Part shown: positions 63,050 to 64,000 of the stretch, one piece after another
How the letters are laid out: each line of letters starts with the position of its first letter
Numbering within the stretch: the stretch's first letter is position 1
Assembly (NCBI RefSeq): GCF_964355755.1
Contig: NC_092673.1
Span: 9,238,001 to 9,302,000 of the forward strand
DNA length: 64,000 nt
Direction of reading: 5' to 3'
Origin: Antedon mediterranea
Lineage: Eukaryota; Animalia; Echinodermata
Made by a program: the position numbers and the translations under genes
The notes under the pieces: generated by a model
The model's input: only the letters and a program-made list of their open reading frames with translations
What the model was told of the DNA's origin: nothing
The model's database searches: none

Positions 63050-63990
63050 GCGATTTTTTTTTTCGTACATAAGTTGGGGACCCCCTCATGAAACGTCACA
63101 AAATAAACATGAATAATTCATCAGTTAAATTTTCTTGTTCCGTGTGCACCCAAGCGTATAGCAACAAGAAGTGATTACACAAGTGCGGTACGATTCTAGG
63201 CCTATCTCCGCTGTTGAAGAATAGCGGCGTTTTGTGTGGATTGTCGAAATAATCGGCCTTTAGTTTATGGTGTTTTTAATATAATTTATTACTAAAGAAT
63301 TACGTGTTAAAATTATAGTTTCTATTAATACTATTAGGCCTAATTATTAGTCTCTAAACCCATGTCTATTCTAGTAGTAGCTGTGTGGATGTGTGTGACG
63401 TGTGTGTGTGTGTTAGGTATGACCAAAGATAGTTACACTATCTTTGGTAGACACAATCCGAGTAATAAGTCAGCAAAATTAAACAATAAACATTACACAA
63501 AAATACATTTTTTATTCTCGTGGGTCAAATCTTCCCATCTCATGTGTTCATATACGCGCATTTTTAAAGTTCCTTTGAGTACATTGCATATTGTTTGATA
63601 ATTGATAGCAGAATTAAAAAAATACAGTACACAAATTATACACATTCTTTATTCTTGTGGGTCTAAGCTTTCTTTGGGCTATGTCCAAGAACGCGTGGGT
63701 GCACACGGAACAACAACTGCGATACGATTCTTTCTACAACACGTAATTCTTTAGTAATAAACTATATTAAAAACACCATAAACTAAAGGCTGATTATTTC
63801 GACAATCCACACAAAACTCCGCTATTCTATTATGAAATCAGCGGAGATAGGCCTAGAATCGTACCGCACTTCTTGTTGCTATACGCTTGGGTGCACACGG
63901 AACAAGAAAATTTAACTGATGAATTATTCATGTTTATTTTGTGACGTTTCATGATGGGGTCCCAAACTTATGTACGAAAAAAAAAATCGC
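63050..63990. mobile_element. MULE-like MITE with long TIRs
   Basis: GCGATTTTTTTTTTCGTACATAAG ends; ~260-bp inverted arms; perfect 9-bp TSD CACCTGGCT. Confidence 0.85.
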
Positions 63991-64000
63991 CACCTGGCTG

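Overview
This is AT-rich eukaryotic (invertebrate-type) genomic DNA; the abundant TAGGCCTA motifs and the repeat types hint at an echinoderm, but that is inference only. One host gene is resolvable: a minus-strand multi-exon RGS3-like gene (C2 - PDZ - long low-complexity exon - PH-like; no RGS domain seen). Twelve coding exons between 33644 and 1347 join in phase through GT-AG introns. Almost everything else is transposon-derived or tandem repeat. The retroelements are a two-LTR BEL/Pao element (16477-22337) with a ~38x39-bp coding minisatellite and an internal pol deletion, a Gypsy-like gag remnant, and many LINE remnants. The DNA elements are Helentron/HINE-like elements (including a ~1.8-kb tandem array), Kolobok-, hAT-, pogo-, Harbinger-, MULE- and Ginger-like non-autonomous elements, and Academ XPG fragments. 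There is also a ~157-bp satellite. I found no clear-cut new biological system. The most unusual signals are two 27-29 bp CATGGAG palindromes with perfect 7-bp target duplications (likely P-superfamily excision footprints), the BEL gag-pro minisatellite, a perfect 100-bp tRNA-SINE fold-back, stacked Helentron-like terminal hairpins, and the apparently DH-less architecture of the RGS3-like gene. All coordinates were read by eye, and the TE family names come from terminal and protein motifs, not from database searches.
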